64,000 nucleotides of DNA from Mobula hypostoma (GCF_963921235.1 NC_086107.1:110982001-111046000); one strand, 5' to 3'; counted from the stretch's first letter, positions 37,079 to 50,907 are shown. The notes: a model not told the origin generated them from the letters alone. Made by a program: numbers and translations.

Positions 37079-37715
37079 CAGACATCCCATCCTGCAAAAA
37101 CTCATTTTAGGGAGGTAGCACCCCCGCCCCCTGCAACCCCATATCCCCACCCCTCCACCCCGGTCAACCTCCAAGGGTGTATGTAATACTTTGTTTAGTG
37201 ATTTTGTCTAATCTGTAAACCAAGTTGGATATATGCAGAAAATGTGACATTAAATTATGTGCTTGATGGAGTCGTTTTTTTTTATTCTGTTACAACTTTA
37301 AGCAAGTCTACAGGGAGTTTGGCCTCATCATGTAGGACATCAATAGAGTAGCTCCTTAGCAGCTAGCCAGCTAGTTTAAATAACGTTAGCTATGCTAATG
37401 AATGAATGTTACCTGTTCAATTCACCTCGACATATCTTTTACATTTTAACCCACCATGGGCAGTAGAAAAGTCACTGTTGCAAACAGTGCAGCGAGCAAC
37501 ACTGTCATTATTTTTGAGGTCGACTGTAAAGCCCGCCCACAGAGAAAACTGACAGGTCCACTTAGCATGAAGAGAGACCAATCAGGATGCTCGCTCTCGC
37601 TCTCCCTCTCAAAAAAAATTGATTTCCGGGATATTGTATATAATTTCTGGGTGTCAGGGAGCCGTTATCAATGTGCGGGAGACTCCTGGAACTTCAAGGA
37701 GAAGTGGGATGTCTG
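37079..37715. mobile_element. Non-autonomous TIR DNA transposon (637 bp), 11-bp TIR, 6-bp TSD, nested in a V-SINE
   Basis: AATTCC|CAGACATCCCA ... TGGGATGTCTG|AATTCC. SINE head at 37025-37078 resumes at 37716. Confidence 0.85.
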
Positions 37716-38172
37716 AATTCCAACAGCGTCTGCAGGGAGTTGGTGCGTCTTCCCCATAGGATGTGTGGGTTTCCTTCGGGTGCTCCGGTTTCCTCCCACA
37801 GGGCCAGAGATGTGCCAGTTAGAAGGTTAGTTGGTCATTGTAAATAGTCCCGTGTTTGCTGGGTGGTGTGAGGCTCGAAGGGCCTATTGTGTGCTGCCTG
37901 TAAGGAGTTTGTACGTTCTCCCCGTGACTGCATGGGTTTCCTCGGGTGCCCCGGTTTCCTCCCTCAGTCCAAAGACCTACTGCTTGGTGGGTTAATTGGC
38001 CATTGTAAATTGTTCCACGATTAGGCTAGACTTAAATCGGGGGGTTGCTGGAGGGCCTGTTCCCACTGTATCACTAAATAAAAATAAAAAATATAATCAT
38101 AAATAGTATTTTTAGTGTTTTTTTCTATCTCACTCAACACATTGGATGATGTCTTATTAACTAACCCTAATA

Positions 38173-38661
38173 TGTAGCAACAAAGAAGCAATATTCTGGT
38201 GCAACAAAAATGTGTGCGTATGGAAGGATGAAATCTAAGACCAAATGATGGGACAAACGTCCTGAGGAGCTGTGATGCGAAACTGAGTGAGGGGTAACCA
38301 AACTCACTGAAGCATTCCGGAACACGGTTCAGCATGCTGTGCTAAGTTTACGGTATGGCGGAACTCGCTTGCCTTGCTGAGCCCTGCACAGCAACGAGGA
38401 GGGAAGAAGAACTTGTCTGCACACCCCCTCCCAGAAGAAGTATAATTGAGAGCAAACACAACCACTCCGCACCAAAATGTGTCACAACCGGTGTTGGGGA
38501 TGGTTAGCGCTCCGCAGTAGACTCAGGGACCCGCCGGCGTCTCTTTAGATAAGTATTGTGTTGCTTAGGTTCCCTTGAATGCTGAATAAACTGATCAGTG
38601 CTTTAAAGTTATTGTGCATTCTCTTAGTCCTGTCTTCGCTGGGCCCGAATTGAACATAACA
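38173..38661 (+). mobile_element. Possible solo LTR
   Basis: Begins TGT, has a TATA-like tataatt (~38441) and AATAAA (~38585), ends ..ATAACA. No TSD found and the 5' boundary is uncertain. Confidence 0.35.
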
Positions 38662-38711
38662 GTGTGACGCACCAGTGTGTTTCTGTAATGATGAGAGTGC
38701 GTCAATCAGGA

Positions 38712-39160
38712 TTGATAAGAGCTACAGAAAGTTGTAAAGTTAGTCAGCTCCATCTTGGGTACTAGCCTCCATGGTGTCCAAGACGTCTTCAAGGAGCGGT
38801 GTCTCAGAAAGGCGGCGTCCATCATTAAGGACCCCCACCACCCAGGACGTGCCTTGTTCTCATTGTTACCATCAGGGAGGAGGTACTGGAGCCTGAAGGC
38901 ACACTCTCAGTGATTCAGGAACAGCTTCTTCCCCTTTGCTATCAGATTTCTGAATGGACATTGAACCCACGAACATTACCTCACTTTTATTATTTCTGTT
39001 TTTGCACTATTTTTACTCGAACTATTTTATATATATATACTTATTGTAATTGATTTACTTACTTATTGTTTTCTCTATATGATCATGTATTACATTGTAT
39101 TGTTGCCTCTAAGTTAACAAATTTCATGACATACACTGATGATATTAAATCTGATTCTGC
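38712..39160 (+). mobile_element. Rex1/Babar LINE 3' end (further copies at ~35530-35970, 39575-39878, 40210-40405, 44165-44830, 60200-60580)
   Basis: LRKAASIIKDPHHPGRALFSLLPSGRRY..FRNSFFP.AIRFLNG plus the family tail attaaatctgattctg. Confidence 0.85.
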
Positions 39161-40552
39161 TATCAGGGTATTTGGTGGATGTTATGGGTACACCCATATG
39201 GTAGTGTAATAGTCACGTAACAAAACTGCGCACTAATAAGGTGCTTTATTAGGTGAGCATAGCAGTGGCGCACGGCTGTAATGGTGTAATGCTAGTGTAC
39301 AAATGGTTCTGCAATATGGGTGATATAGAGTGTAAAATGAGACTGTAATGTTACAGTGGTGCAATAATAGCATAAAAATCAGGGTGCACCAAGTGATGGT
39401 GTAATAGTGGAGTGAAACAAACGTGTGTATCTGTGTGGTGTATAGCATTGTGTAAACCAATGTGCAGACAGTTACACGATGGTGTTGCAATAATGGTGAT
39501 ACCGCAGAGGTCAACAGTGGCCAACGCTCCATTGGGAGCTGAGGGCCTAGGAAGAGGACTGATACCGAGACAAAGACATGCCCTGTTCTCATTGCTACCA
39601 TCAGGAAGGAGGTACAGAAGCCTGAAAGCACGCACTAATTCAGGACTAATTTCTGCCCCTCTGCCATCAGATTTTTGAATGGACATCGAACCCATGAATA
39701 CTTACTCACTAATTTTTTTTATTTCCTATTTTTTGCACTGCTCATTCAATTTAACTATTTAATATCCTTGCTGTAATTCACAGTATTCTGCTTCTCTATA
39801 TTTATCATGTATTGTACTGTTGCCGCAAAGTTAACAAATTTCACAACATATGCCGGTGATATTAAACCTGCTTCTGATGCTGCACTTGATAACGAATAAC
39901 GTGACAATAACAGAGCACGTATAGGATGAGCGTAGTGATGGGAGTACAGCTTCAGGATGGCTTATGAAATACGTGTGACGCTGAAGGGGTGCAGATGTAT
40001 TTGTGGGTTGGAGGGCCTGCACTCTGCTGCGATGTGCTGTGTTCTGTTGCCGATCTGTGAAGAAGTGGTGCAGCAGGGGCTAGCAACGGTCTAAGGCCAT
40101 CGATGAGCTGCTTCAATCTGTGAAAGTGTTAATGAAATAGCACCAGTGTCAGATATTGCTATTGGCTGTAACTCAACCGAGCAGTTTAATGCGCTGTAGA
40201 AATGGAAGTACACCATTTTAGGAACAGCATCTTCCCCTCTGCCAACAAATTTGTGAACAGCCCATCAACCCTCACTTTTTGCACTACTTTAGTTATATTT
40301 TTTATATATTTCTTATCGTAACTTGTAGTTTTTTTTTGTGTTGCACTGTGCTGAAAAGTGGAAATTTCACGACGTATGTCAGTGATAATCAACCCGGTTC
40401 TGATTGTAAATGGCCGTCTCTGAGAGTGCCGACAAATCAGGAAAGGAGTGGCAGTTCGACAGCGCTCCAATCGGGCAGTGTGGTGATCGGCAAACCAGTA
40501 CCTGTCAGGATGCTAAGTGGGAGAGAGTGTTGTAAAGAATGCACTGAACTGG

Positions 40553-41345
40553 CAAAATGCTGGAGGAACTCAGCAGGCCAGGCGGCCTCTATGGAAATAA
40601 ATAAACTGTTGGCGTTTCAGACCGAGGCCCTTCTTCAGGACTGGAAAGGAAGGGGGAAGACCCCAGAATAAAAAAAAGTGAGGGGAGAGGAAGGAGGATA
40701 GATAGAAAGTGTTGGGTGAAGTCAGGTGAGTGGGAAAGGTAAAGGGCTGGAGAGGAAGGAATCTAATAGGAGAGGAGAGCGGGCCACAGGAAAAAAGGAA
40801 GAAGGGGGGACACCAGGGCGAGTTGAGAGGCAGGGCGAGACGAGGTAACAGGCCCGAGTAGGGAATAGAAGAAGGAGGAAGAGGGAGGGATATTTTTTAC
40901 CAGAAGGAGAAATCAGTGTTCATGCAATCAGTTTGGAGGCTACCCAGACAGAATATGAGGTCAGAAGCACGCGAAAATCTGCAAACGCTGGATATCCAAA
41001 GTGACACACACACAAAATGCTGGAGGAGCTCAGCAGGCCAGGCAGCATCTATGGAAAAGAGTAAACAGTCGACGCTTCAGGCCGAGACCCTTCATCAGGA
41101 CCCGGAATATGAGGTGTTGCTCCTCCATCCTGAGAGTGGCCTCCTCATGGCAGAAGAGGAGGAATGGGAATTAAAATGGTTGGCCACTGGGAAACTCCGC
41201 TTTTGCTGGATGGAGCAGAGGTGCTCAACAAAATGTTCCCCCAATTTACAACAGGTTTCACCAGTGCAGAGGAGGCTGCTTTGGGAGCGTCAGATGCAAT
41301 AGATGACCCCTAGAGATTTAGAGGTGAAATGTTGCCTTACCTGGA
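40553..41345 (-). mobile_element. Penelope 3' region with a second pLTR fragment nested at ~40965-41101
   Basis: GIY-YIG remnant at 41105-41345. Two mutated hammerhead cores at 40608-40641 and 41068-41101. The motif gaatatgagg flanks the nested piece. Confidence 0.8.
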
Positions 41346-41778
41346 ATGACATTGATAAGAATTAATCAGTTGTAATGTGTACCAATACACAACTGCATCA
41401 TTGTGGACTTACATGTTAACTTACGGAATACGCGTGGCCATTGGGTGCCACAGTAGTGTAGTGGTTAGTGCGACAGCTCAGGGTGCTCGAGTTTAGAGTT
41501 CAGTTCCGGTGCCCTCTGAAAGGAGTCTCTGTACATTCTTTCTGTGGACTTTCCTCGGTGCTCCAGTTTCCTGCCACAGTCCAAAGATGTACCGGGTAGA
41601 TTAATTGGCCATTGTAAATTGTCCCGTGTTTAAGTTAGGGTTAAATCTGGGGTTGAAGGGGTGGCAAGGCTCAAAGGGCCATAGGGGCCTATTCCACACT
41701 GTATCTCTAAGTAAAATACCAATAAATAAGCTCTAGTATGCCACGATGTTAATAAAAATAGACAAGTATGATGTAAGA

Positions 41779-42340
41779 AATGTAATGACGCAGCTGTATA
41801 AAACTCTGGTTAGGCCACACTTGGAGTATTGTGTCCAGTTCTGGTCGCCTCACTATAGGAAGGATGTGGAAGCATTGGAAAGGGTACAGAGGAGATTTAC
41901 CAGGATGCTGCCTGGTTTAGAGAGTATGCATTATGATCAGAGATTAAGGGAGCTAGGGCTTTACTCTTTGGAGAGGAGGAGGATGAGAGGAGACATGATA
42001 GAGGTGTACAAGATAATAAGAGGAATAGATAGAGTGGATAGCCAGCGCCTCTTCCCCAGGGCACCACTGCTCAATACAAGAGGACATGGCTTTAATGTAA
42101 GGGGTGGGAAGTTCAAGGGGGATATTAGAGGAAGGTTTTTTACTCAGAGAGTGGTTGGTGCGTGGAATGCACTGCCTGAGTCAGTGGTGGAGGCAGATAC
42201 ACTAGTGAAGTTTAAGAGACTACTAGACAGGTATATGGAGGAATTTAAGGTGGGGGGTTATATGGGAGGCAGGGTTTGAGGGTCGGTACAACGTTGTGGG
42301 CCAAAGGGCCTGTACTGTGCTGTACTATTCTATGTTCTAT
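41779..42340 (+). mobile_element. Young 5'-truncated CR1
   Basis: Open frame QLYKTLVRPHLEYCVQFWSPHYRKDVEALERVQRRFTRMLPG..FFTQRVVGAWNALP. Nearly identical to 59385-59925. Confidence 0.95.
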
Positions 42341-42579
42341 ATTCAAGTCTATGATTTTCCAGATAGATGCACAACTCTGAATGTCTGTCAGAGAGACAGT
42401 GCCAGTCTCCTGGTGGGAAATGAGTGTACATCAAAGACACTGCACCAGTCTGAGAGAGTGTGTGTGTACACTCTGAATGCAGCCATCCGAGCCATTCAGA
42501 TCGAAGAAAGAGCCATTCAGGATGTGTGTGTACTAGACAACAGCATTGTAAAACTGCACCATTCTGAAAGGGGACCGAT

Positions 42580-43427
42580 CAGTGAATTCCAGTTGATTAC
42601 ATCATCAGGGGCAGTCGCTTACTTGGGACAGCTCTGACAAAAGAGAAAACTCGTCGAGGAAATAGCCGGAATTCCCTTAATTTATGTGGGACCCTATGCT
42701 GCTTCATTGGGACAAGACACTGTTGATGAACAGGTTCCAACTAATGTTAGTCATGTGCACCTGTGTGGCCATTTTAGACAATACACTGCGCTTGGAGTGA
42801 ACAATTTTAAATAGCATGTGTCTGTGTTCAAAAAGCAGTGTGACTTTTGTCTCTGATAGTTGGCGAGAAATAAGCAGTAACTCAATTTCGAACTGTTTTG
42901 CTCACCACGGTTTCAAGTATTCAGGCTTGGAGAAGCCAGGAACAGTCGGGAGTGAAACCGAAACGATTTAACTGTTTCAACCAGTTAGGAACTACAAAGA
43001 ATTCGAAGGTATCAGCAATCATATTGAATGTGACAATGAAAATGAAGACTTGGAGGATGCAAACGTCAAATGCTTTGTTTGAAGGCAGTCCACTAGGTGT
43101 CTGTGCTGACCTTGTTCATTTACAGTCAATCAAGAGAAGATGGCAGTGTACACCAAATGAATTCCTCCATTGAGAACTAATCCATAGGTTTTATAGTCCT
43201 GTATTGGTACAGTATTGGTAGTATTGGTTATATAGTATTAGCAGCATTCTAATTTCTTCTGTATCTCACTTAAGTACACAATTTGTTACTCAATTAAATG
43301 GTAGTTTGTCTTTTTTTTTAAAAAATACTTTTAGTCTATATCCATGAAACCAGCTAATTGGGGCAGCTGCTTAATTGGGCCAAAATGCACTAGTCCCAAT
43401 GTGTCCCAATTAAGAGCAATACACTAT
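42580..43427. mobile_element. Pogo/Tigger-like non-autonomous DNA element
   Basis: Imperfect inverted ends (cagtgaattccagttgatt / aattaagagcaatacacta) with repeated aattggg subterminal motifs. Confidence 0.45.
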
Positions 43428-46131
43428 ATTCCAATCTATGAGTGTACAGGTACAGCAGTTTGAGAGTGTACCAGACCAGAATGGGTGAGAAGACACCAAA
43501 CCTGTGCGTGTACCTCGAGGGGAATGCCCCAACAGTACAGTACGAATGAGCATGCACCATCTCAGATGTCCCCATTCAGGAAGGAGATTACATTTGGAGT
43601 TTGCCATTTGAACAAGCTGAGACAACTTCCGTAAGAGTACAGCCATTGGTAATGGGTGTGCACCCACCTGACAGCTCAGAAAATGTTAAACTGTCGCAGC
43701 CCAGTAGAACGTACCACGCAGTTCCAGTCAGTGTGTAAAGGATGGAAGTGAACTCAGTGGAAACACCACACTCTGGCCAAGTAACGAACTGCAAATGCTG
43801 CAGGTCAGAGAGAAGACCAATGGAGGGGCTTCACGTGGAGTTTAGCCAATGGGCCTGTGTAACAGTGAGTCTTCTGATGATAGTGCTTCATACTAGTAAT
43901 GTCTGACAAGTGTGGGATATTTTGAGTGTGTCCATGTGTGCACCAATTGAAGAATAAGCCAGCAAACCTACATAAAGCTGATGCTGTACAATGGAACCTG
44001 CAATTCCATACAAAGATATGAACAAATTAGGAGCCGTTCAAGACTCTTCAGCCCTTCAATATGTCTGATCTGTTGTAACCACAATTCTGCTTTCCCCTTG
44101 ACCTGCAGTAGTCTTTCATCTCCTTGCCTAGAGAAAGGTAAGCTTTATTTGTCATAGATGTTGAAACGTTGCAGGCAGCATCCATCATCCAGGACCCTCA
44201 CCACTAGGTCATGCGCTGTTCTCACTGCTGCCATCAGGAACAAGGTACAGGAGCCACAAGGTTCAGGAACAGTTACTACCCCTCAACCATCAGGCTCTTG
44301 AACAAGAGGTGATAACTTCACTCGCCCCGTCACTGAACTGTTCCCACAACCTCTGGACTCACTTTCAAAGCCTCGTCATGTCATGTTCTCAACATTTATT
44401 TATTTATTATCACTATTATTACTTTTTCTTAAAATTTATTTTTGTATTTGCAGTTTTGCGCTGATGCTTTTTTGCTGGTGGGGTTGGGGGGGTCGTTGCT
44501 TTGCTGTTGTTTGTGCGTGGGAGGGGGGAGTTGCGGGGGTGCTTTGGGGTTCTAGCATTTATCCGCCATTTATCCTTTGGGGCACTCCTCTGTCTTCATG
44601 GATGTTTGCGAAAGGAAAGAATTTCAGGATGTATATTGTATACATTCCTCTGACATTAAGTGTGCCTATTGAAGCCTATTGTTGTCTTTTGCACACGAGT
44701 TGTCCGCCCCGTTGTTGCGGTCTTTCATTGATTCTGTTGTATTTCCTGTATTTACTGTGTACGCCCACTAGACAATGAATCTCAGGGTTGTATATGGTCA
44801 CATATATGTACTTAGATAATAAATTCAGGTTGCACTTTTAACATCAAAACTTACAGTGAAATACATCGTTTGCATTAAATCAAATTAACGAGGATTGTAC
44901 TGCCAGCCCGTAAGCATCAACACACTCCTGGTGCCAAACTAACATACCCACAACTCACTAACCCTAACCTGTACGTCATTGGAATGTGGGAGGAAACCGA
45001 ATTACTTGGAGGAGACCAACGCGGTCTCGGGCAGAATGTGCAATCTTACAGACAGTGGCAGGAATTGAACCCCAATCCTACAACTGGCGCACCGTAAAGC
45101 ATTGCGCTCACCACCACACTACAGTGCCACCCCTGCTTTTCATGAACATCTCTTCCTCTCGCCTGAAAAAAAAATTCAAAAACTCTAACCCTCAGGGGGG
45201 AGTGGAAACAGGAGTCCAAAGGTGCGTAACCCTCCGAGAGAAAAAAAAATATGTTGCCTCTGGTTCAAAGAAGCAAGTCCTCAGTTTTAAACAATGATCC
45301 CAAGATGTAGGTTCTCCAGAGAAAGCAAATAACCTCTCCATATCCATTAAGAGCTTCAAGATGTTACTTGGTTCAATCAAGATTGCCCCGCCCCCACCAA
45401 ACTTCGCCTCTTCTACGTTCCATTGTGTATCCTCTTCCTATTACTGAGAAATCCAACAGAATTTTGTTACTTATGTCTAAGGGGTTGAATACAAAAATAG
45501 GGGAGTGGTTTTACAGTTATATGGAACATTGGTGAGACCACAGCAGTACAATGTTGTCCTTGTTGAAGGAAGCTCTTTGAGAAAGGGCAGGAAATGATTC
45601 GGTTGTGTTCTGCTGAGGTGTCTTGATACTTTTGTTAATAAATTTACTTACTTAGAATTACAGGATGGAGTGAACCTTTCTGGCCAACATTCCCTCTAAA
45701 TTTCAATGACCAGTTTGTGAAACAATCTTGTGCTGTGCAATTTTTTGCCCAGTGACAACAACATGTGCGCACTGAATAATTTCTTCAATAAAAACAGTAT
45801 AAATAAGCCAGTTCTAAAACCTGCAGACAAGTCACCACAAACTCCATGTTGCCAACACCATCCGCATCAGAAACCAGAAAAGGAAATGTGATTGTGTATG
45901 ATTGTGAAATATAATTAAAATGCCAGTGGGGTAGATGGTGACAACCTTTAGTGCGCAGTTTAAATTCCTTTGTGTGCCCGTGCTTCTGACTCTTTGAACC
46001 GTGTCACCCAGCAACTCCCGAGACTAATCATGGGACAATTTACAATGACCAATTTACTTACCAAAGACGGTATGTCTTTTGACTATGGGAGGAAGCCAGA
46101 GCACCTGGAGAAATTCCTCGCATTCCACTCA

Positions 46132-49100
46132 GGAATTGTCCACACACAGGCATCACTGTGAAACTCTCACACACTCACATCACTGTGAAACTCTCCACAC
46201 ACAGGCATCACTGTGAAACTCTCACACACTGACATCACTGTGAAACTCTCACACGCTCACATCACTGTGAAACTCTCACACACTCACATCACTGTGAAAC
46301 TCTCCACACATTAACATCACTGTGAAACTCTCAAACACTCACATCACTGTGAAACTCTCACACACAGACATCACTGTGAAACTCTCACACGCTCACATCA
46401 CTGTGAAACACTCACACGCTCACATCACTGTGAAACTCTCACATACTCACATCACTGTGAAACTCTCCACACACAGGCATCACTGTGAAACTCTCACACA
46501 CAGACATCACTGTGAAACTCTCACACAGACATCACTGTGAAACTCTCACACACTCACATCACTGTGAAACTCTCACACACAGACATCACTGTGAAACTCT
46601 CACACACATCACTGTGAAACTCTCACACACAGACATCACTGTGAAACTCTCACACACAGACATCACTGTGAAACTCTCACACAGACATCACTGTGAAACT
46701 CTCACACACTCACATCACTGTGAAACTCTCACACACAGACATCACTGTGAAACTCTCACACACTCACATCACTGTGAAACTCTCACACACACTCACAAGA
46801 TTGTGAAACTCTCACACACTCACATCACTGTGAAACTCTCACACGCTCACATCACTGTGAAACTCTCACACACAGACATCACAGTGAAACTCTCACACAC
46901 TCACATCACTGTGAAACTCTCACACACACTCACAAGATTGTGAAACTCTCACACACTCACATCACTGTGAAACTCTCACACGCTCACATCACTGTGAAAC
47001 TCTCACATGCTCACATCACTGGGAAACTCTCCACACACAGGCATCACTGTGAAACTCTCACACACTCACATCACTGTGAAACTCTCACACACAGACATCA
47101 CTATGAAACTCTCACACACTCATCACTGTGAAACTCTCACACACACTCACAAGACTGTGAAACTCTCACACACTCACATCACTGTGAAACTCTCACACAC
47201 TCACATCACTGTGAATCTCTCACACACAGACATCACTGTGAAACTCTCACACAGACATCACTGTGAAACTCTCACACACTCACATCACTGTGAAACTCTC
47301 ACACACACATCACTGTGAAACTCTCACACACAGACATCACTGTGAAAATCTCACACACTCACATCACTGTGAAACTCACACACTCACATCACTGTGAAAC
47401 TCTCCACACACTCACATCACTGTGAAACTCTCCACACACTCACATCACTGTGAAAATCTCACACACTCACATCACTGTGAAACTCACACACTCACATCAC
47501 TGTGAAACTCTCCACACACTCACATCACTGTGAAACTCTCACACACTCACATCACTGTGAAACTCTCACACGCTGACATCACTGTGAAACTCTCCACACA
47601 CTCACGTTACTGTAAAACTCTCCACACACTCACATCACTGTGAAACTCTCACACGCAGACATCACTGTGAAACTCACACACAGACATCACTGTGAAACTC
47701 TCACACAGACATCACTGTGAAACTCTCACACACAGACATCACTGTGAAACTCTCACACGCAGACATCACTGTGAAACTCTCACACACACAGACATCACTG
47801 TGAAATTCTCACACAGACATCACTGTGAAACTCTCACACACTTACATCACTGTGAAACTCACACACAGGCATCACTGTGAAACTCTCACACACTCACATC
47901 ACTGTGAAACTCACACACAGACATCACTGTGAAACTCTCACACTCTCACATCACTGTGAAACTCTCACACACAGACATCACTGTGAAACTCTCACACGGA
48001 CATCACTGTGAAACTCTCACACACAGACATCACTGTGAAACTCACACACTCACATCACTGTGAAACTCTCACACGTACTCACAAGACTGCAACTCTCACA
48101 CACAGACATCACTGTGAAACTCTCACACACAGGCATCACTGTGAAAATCTCACACACTCACATCACTGTGAAACTCTCCACACACTCACATCACTGTGAA
48201 ACTGTCACACACTCACATCACTGTGAAACTCTCACACGCAGACATCGCTGTGAAACTCACACACAGACATCACTGTGAAACTCTCACACAGACATCACTG
48301 TGAAACTCTCACACACTCACATCACTGTGAAACTCTCACACAGACATCACTGTGAAACTCTCACATGCAGACATCACTGTGAAACTCTCACACACACAGA
48401 CATCACTGTGAAACTCTCACACAGACATCACTGTGAAACTCTCACACACTTACATCACTGTGAAACTCACACACAGTCATCACTGTGAAACTCTCAGACA
48501 CTCACATCACTGTGAAACTCTCAGACACAGACATCACTGTGAAACTCTCATACAGCGACATCACTGTGAAACTCTCACACAGATATCACTGTGAAACTCT
48601 CACACACAGACATCACTGTGAAATTCTCACACACAGGCATCACTGTGAAACTCTCACACACTCACATCACTGTGAAACTCTCACACACTCACAACACTGT
48701 GAAACTCTCACACACTCACATCACTGTGAAACTCTCACACGCTGACATCACTGTGAAACTCTCCACACACTCACATCACTGTGAAACTCTCACACACAGA
48801 CATCACTGTGAAACTCTCCACACACTCACATCACTGTGAAACTCTCACACACAGATATCACTGTGAAACTCTCACACGCAGACATCACTGTGAAACTCTC
48901 ACACAGACATCACTGTGAAACTCTCGCACGCAGACATCACTGTGAAACTCTCACATGCAGACATCACTGTGAAACTCTCACGCAGACATCACTGTGAAAC
49001 TCTCACACACAGACATCACTGTGAAACTCTCACACACTCACATCACTGTGAAACTGTCACACACTCACATCACTGTGAAACTCTCACACGCAGACATCGC

Positions 49101-50907
49101 TGTGAAACTCACACACAGACATCACTGTGAAACTCTCACACAGACATCACTGTGAAACTCTCACACACTCACATCACTGTGAAACTCTCACACAGACATC
49201 ACTGTGAAACTCTCACATGCAGACATCACTGTGAAACTCTCACACACACAGACATCACTGTGAAACTCTCACACAGACATCACTGTGAAACTCTCACACA
49301 CTTACATCACTGTGAAACTCACACACAGTCATCACTGTGAAACTCTCACACACTCACATCACTGTGAAACTCCCACACACAGACATCACTGTGAAACTCT
49401 CACACACTCACATCACTGTGAAACTCACACGCAGACATCACTGTGAAACTCTCTCACTGACATCATTGTGAAACTCTCACACACAGACATCACTGTGAAA
49501 CTCTCACAGACAGACATCACTGTGAAACTCTCACAGACAGACATCACTGTGAAATTCTCAGACACTCACATCACTGTGAAACTCTCAGACACAGACATCA
49601 CTGTGAAACTCTCATACAGCGACATCACTGTGAAACTCTCACACAGATATCACTGTGAAACTCTCACACACAGACATCACTGTGAAATTCTCACACACAG
49701 GCATCACTGTGAAACTCTCACACACTCACATCACTGTGAAACTCTCACACACTCACAACACTGTGAAACTCTCACACACTCACATCACTGTGAAACTCTC
49801 ACACGCTGACATCACTGTGAAACTCTCCACACACTCACATCACTGTGAAACTCTCACACACAGACATCACTGTGAAACTCTCCACACACTCACATCACTG
49901 TGAAACTCTCACACACAGATATCACTGTGAAACTCTCACACGCAGACATCACTGTGAAACTCTCACACAGACATCACTGTGAAACTCTCGCACGCAGACA
50001 TCACTGTGAAACTCTCACATGCAGACATCACTGTGAAACTCTCACGCAGACATCACTGTGAAACTCTCACACACAGACATCACTGTGAAACTCTCACACA
50101 CTCACATCACTGTGAAACTCTCACACGGACATCACTGTGAAACTCACACGCAGACATCACTGTGAAACTCACACGCAATCACATCACTGTGAAACTCTCA
50201 CACAGACATCACTGTGAAACTCTCACACACAGACATCACTGTGAAACTCTCACACAGACATCACTGTGAAACTCTCACATGCGTAAATCACTGTGAAACT
50301 CTCCACACACTCCCATCACTGTGAAACTCTCACACGCTGACATCACTGTGAAACTCTCACACACAGACATCACTGTGAAACTCTCACACAGACATCACTG
50401 TGAAACTCTCGCACGCAGACATCACTGTGAAACTCTCACACGCAGACATCACTGTGAAACTCCCACGCAGACATCACTGTGAAACTCTCACGCAGACATC
50501 ACTGTGAAACTCTCACACACAGACATCACTGTGAAACTCTCACACACTCACATCACTGTGAAACTCTCACACAGACATCACTGTGAAACTCTCACACACG
50601 CACATCACTGTGAAACTCACACGCAGACATCACTGTGAAACTCACACGCACTCACATCACTGTGAAACTCTCACACAGACATCACTGTGAAACTCTCACA
50701 GACTCACATCACTGTGAAGCTCTCACACCCAGACATCACTGTGAAACTCACACGCTGACATCACTGTGAAACTCTCACACAGACATCATTGTGAAACTCT
50801 CACACACAGACATCACTGTGAAACTCTCACACGCAGACATTGTGAAATTCTCACACGCTGACATCACTGTGAAACTCTCACACACAGGCATCACTGTGGA
50901 ATTGTCC
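46132..50907. repeat. Minisatellite, ~25-29-bp unit ACATCACTGTGAAACTCTCACAC(AC)(TC/AG), roughly 180 copies
   Basis: Directly visible. Internal block duplications at offsets 852 and 1064 (identical ORF pairs 48300/49152 and 48591/49655). Confidence 0.98.

Noticed and set aside
46132..50907. CRISPR-like array, or His/Thr-rich protein ORFs
   Set aside because: The intervening sequences are short CA variants of one unit rather than unique spacers, and there are no cas genes. The ORFs are translations of the repeat.
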